Notes under the pieces: model-generated
The model's database searches: none
Told to the model about the DNA's origin: nothing
The model's input: the letters and a program-made list of their open reading frames with translations, nothing else
Part shown: in pieces, positions 31,172 through 32,000 of the stretch
Layout: every line of letters starts with the position of its first letter
Numbering within the stretch: position 1 is the first letter of the stretch
Position numbers and translations under genes: made by a program
Assembly: GCF_001598795.1 (NCBI RefSeq)
Contig: NZ_BCZP01000014.1
Coordinates: 1-32,000 of the forward strand
Length of the DNA stretch: 32,000 bases
Direction of reading: 5' to 3'
From: Delftia acidovorans NBRC 14950
GTDB lineage: Bacteria; Pseudomonadota; Gammaproteobacteria; Burkholderiales; Burkholderiaceae_C

Positions 31172-32000
31172 ATGCCTGAGCCGCAACCGCGCATCGCCCT
31201 GCTGATCGACGCCGACAACGCGCCGGCCGAGATGATCGACGAGATCCTGACCGAGCTGTCGACCTTCGGCGTCATCGACATCCGCCGCGCCTACGGCAAC
31301 TGGACCAAGCATTCGCTCAGCGGCTGGCAGCGCAAGCTGCTCGATTTCGCACTGCGGCCCATGCAGCAGTTCGACTACTCCAAGCACAAGAACGCCACCG
31401 ACATGGCGATGACCGTGGACGCCATGGAGCTGCTCTACACCGAGCGGCCCGACGCCTTCGGCATCGTCTCTTCCGACGCCGACTTCACGCCGCTGGTGAT
31501 GCACCTGCGCTCCAAGGGCGCGGCCGTCTACGGCTTCGGCATGGCGCAGACGCCCCAGCCCTTCGTCAATGCCTGCTCGCGCTTTCTGTATCTGGAGGCG
31601 CTGGGCGAGGCGGTGCCCGCCAACGGCAATGGCCAGGACGCCACGCATGAGGCGGGCCAGGCGGCGGTGCCGCCAGTGGCTGCAGCTGCGGTGGCGGCCT
31701 CTGTCCAGCCCTCCACTGGTACGGGCAAGGAGCGCGCCCAGGCCGAGCAGGCACCTTCCTCTTTGTCCGCTCCCGAGCCGCAGCGCCCCTGCCTGCGTGT
31801 TCCTTCGCAGGAACTGCGCCAGGACACGCGCCTGCTGAGCATGCTGCGCAGCGCCGTCAACGCCACGCAGGACGAAAGCGGCTGGGCCCATGTGGGCGCC
31901 GTGGGCGCGCAGATCGGCAACAAGGCATCGTTCGATGCGCGCAACTACGGCTACGCCACGCTCACCAAGCTGCTGGCGGCCACGCAGGCGTTCGAGATGC
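31172..32000 (+). CDS. NYN-domain (LabA-like) protein with C-terminal OST-HTH/LOTUS domain; 3' end beyond the window
   Basis: Absent from the ORF track because there is no stop in the window. Translation from ATG 31172: MPEPQPRIALLIDADNAPAEMIDEILTELSTFGVIDIRRAYGNW...ATDMAMTVDAMELLYTERPDAFGIVSSDADFTPLVMHLRSKGAAVYGFG (NYN nuclease fold). This is followed by an Ala/Pro/Gln-rich linker, then LLSMLRSAVNATQDESGWAHVGAVGAQIGNKASFDARNYGYATLTKLL (LOTUS-like). Confidence 0.85.
   Translation, partial: MPEPQPRIALLIDADNAPAEMIDEILTELSTFGVIDIRRAYGNWTKHSLSGWQRKLLDFALRPMQQFDYSKHKNATDMAMTVDAMELLYTERPDAFGIVSSDADFTPLVMHLRSKGAAVYGFGMAQTPQPFVNACSRFLYLEALGEAVPANGNGQDATHEAGQAAVPPVAAAAVAASVQPSTGTGKERAQAEQAPSSLSAPEPQRPCLRVPSQELRQDTRLLSMLRSAVNATQDESGWAHVGAVGAQIGNKASFDARNYGYATLTKLLAATQAFEM

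Noticed and set aside
28541-31891. An 1116-aa minus-strand ORF. Similar long ORFs occur elsewhere: 4230..6845 (-), 22175..24667 (-), 24972..27059 (-), 8194..10176 (-), 15253..17157 (+), 15467..17269 (-), 11398..12780 (-), 12654..13889 (-).
   Set aside because: All overlap recognisable genes on the opposite strand or in another frame. All have Arg/Ala/Gly/Pro/His-biased composition without domain signatures, so they are shadow ORFs.
1-32000. A search for mobile or defence content: CRISPR repeats, tRNA/rRNA, IS or transposase and integrase genes, toxin-antitoxin pairs, restriction-modification or known anti-phage systems, and compositional islands.
   Set aside because: No regularly spaced direct repeats were seen, nor any tRNA-like cloverleaf candidates in the short spacers, nor recombinase, nuclease or ATPase defence signatures. 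AT-rich patches are short (under 80 bp) and coincide with promoter regions. The window reads as core or accessory metabolic chromosome rather than a mobile island.

Overview
Very GC-rich bacterial chromosomal DNA. The density of Bug/TctC binding proteins, an Omp32-like porin and the codon usage suggest Burkholderiales, probably Comamonadaceae; this is inference and was not searched. I support 29 protein-coding genes and found no rRNA, tRNA, CRISPR array, transposase, integrase or recognisable defence genes. Left to right: (1) a TRAP transporter dctQ/dctM fragment with a divergent LysR regulator; (2) a gltIJKL-type glutamate/aspartate ABC importer with a consensus sigma-54 promoter, an intra-operon attenuator and a triple-hairpin element; (3) a Fur-box-controlled ECF sigma / FecR anti-sigma / TonB-dependent transducer iron-signalling module; (4) an RpiR regulator divergent from an M20 (carboxypeptidase G2-like) peptidase and two tandem Bug paralogues; (5) a roughly 9.3 kb minus-strand operon of porin, NDP-forming acyl-CoA synthetase, Bug, two paralogous DUF1254/DUF1214 proteins, a truncated alkylsulfatase-like metallo-beta-lactamase-fold protein and a second Bug, divergent from a Crp/Fnr-family regulator; (6) a LysR-controlled 2-hydroxyacid module (D-2-hydroxyacid dehydrogenase, RraA-like aldolase, Bug, FMN-dependent L-2-hydroxyacid dehydrogenase); (7) pyrC and a partial NYN/LOTUS gene. 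The best candidate for an undescribed system is module 5, because its core is three translationally coupled genes with no known function. Many very long ORFs in the track, up to 1386 aa, are antisense or out-of-frame shadows typical of high-GC DNA and were rejected. All homology calls come from reading motifs in the translations; no database search was run.
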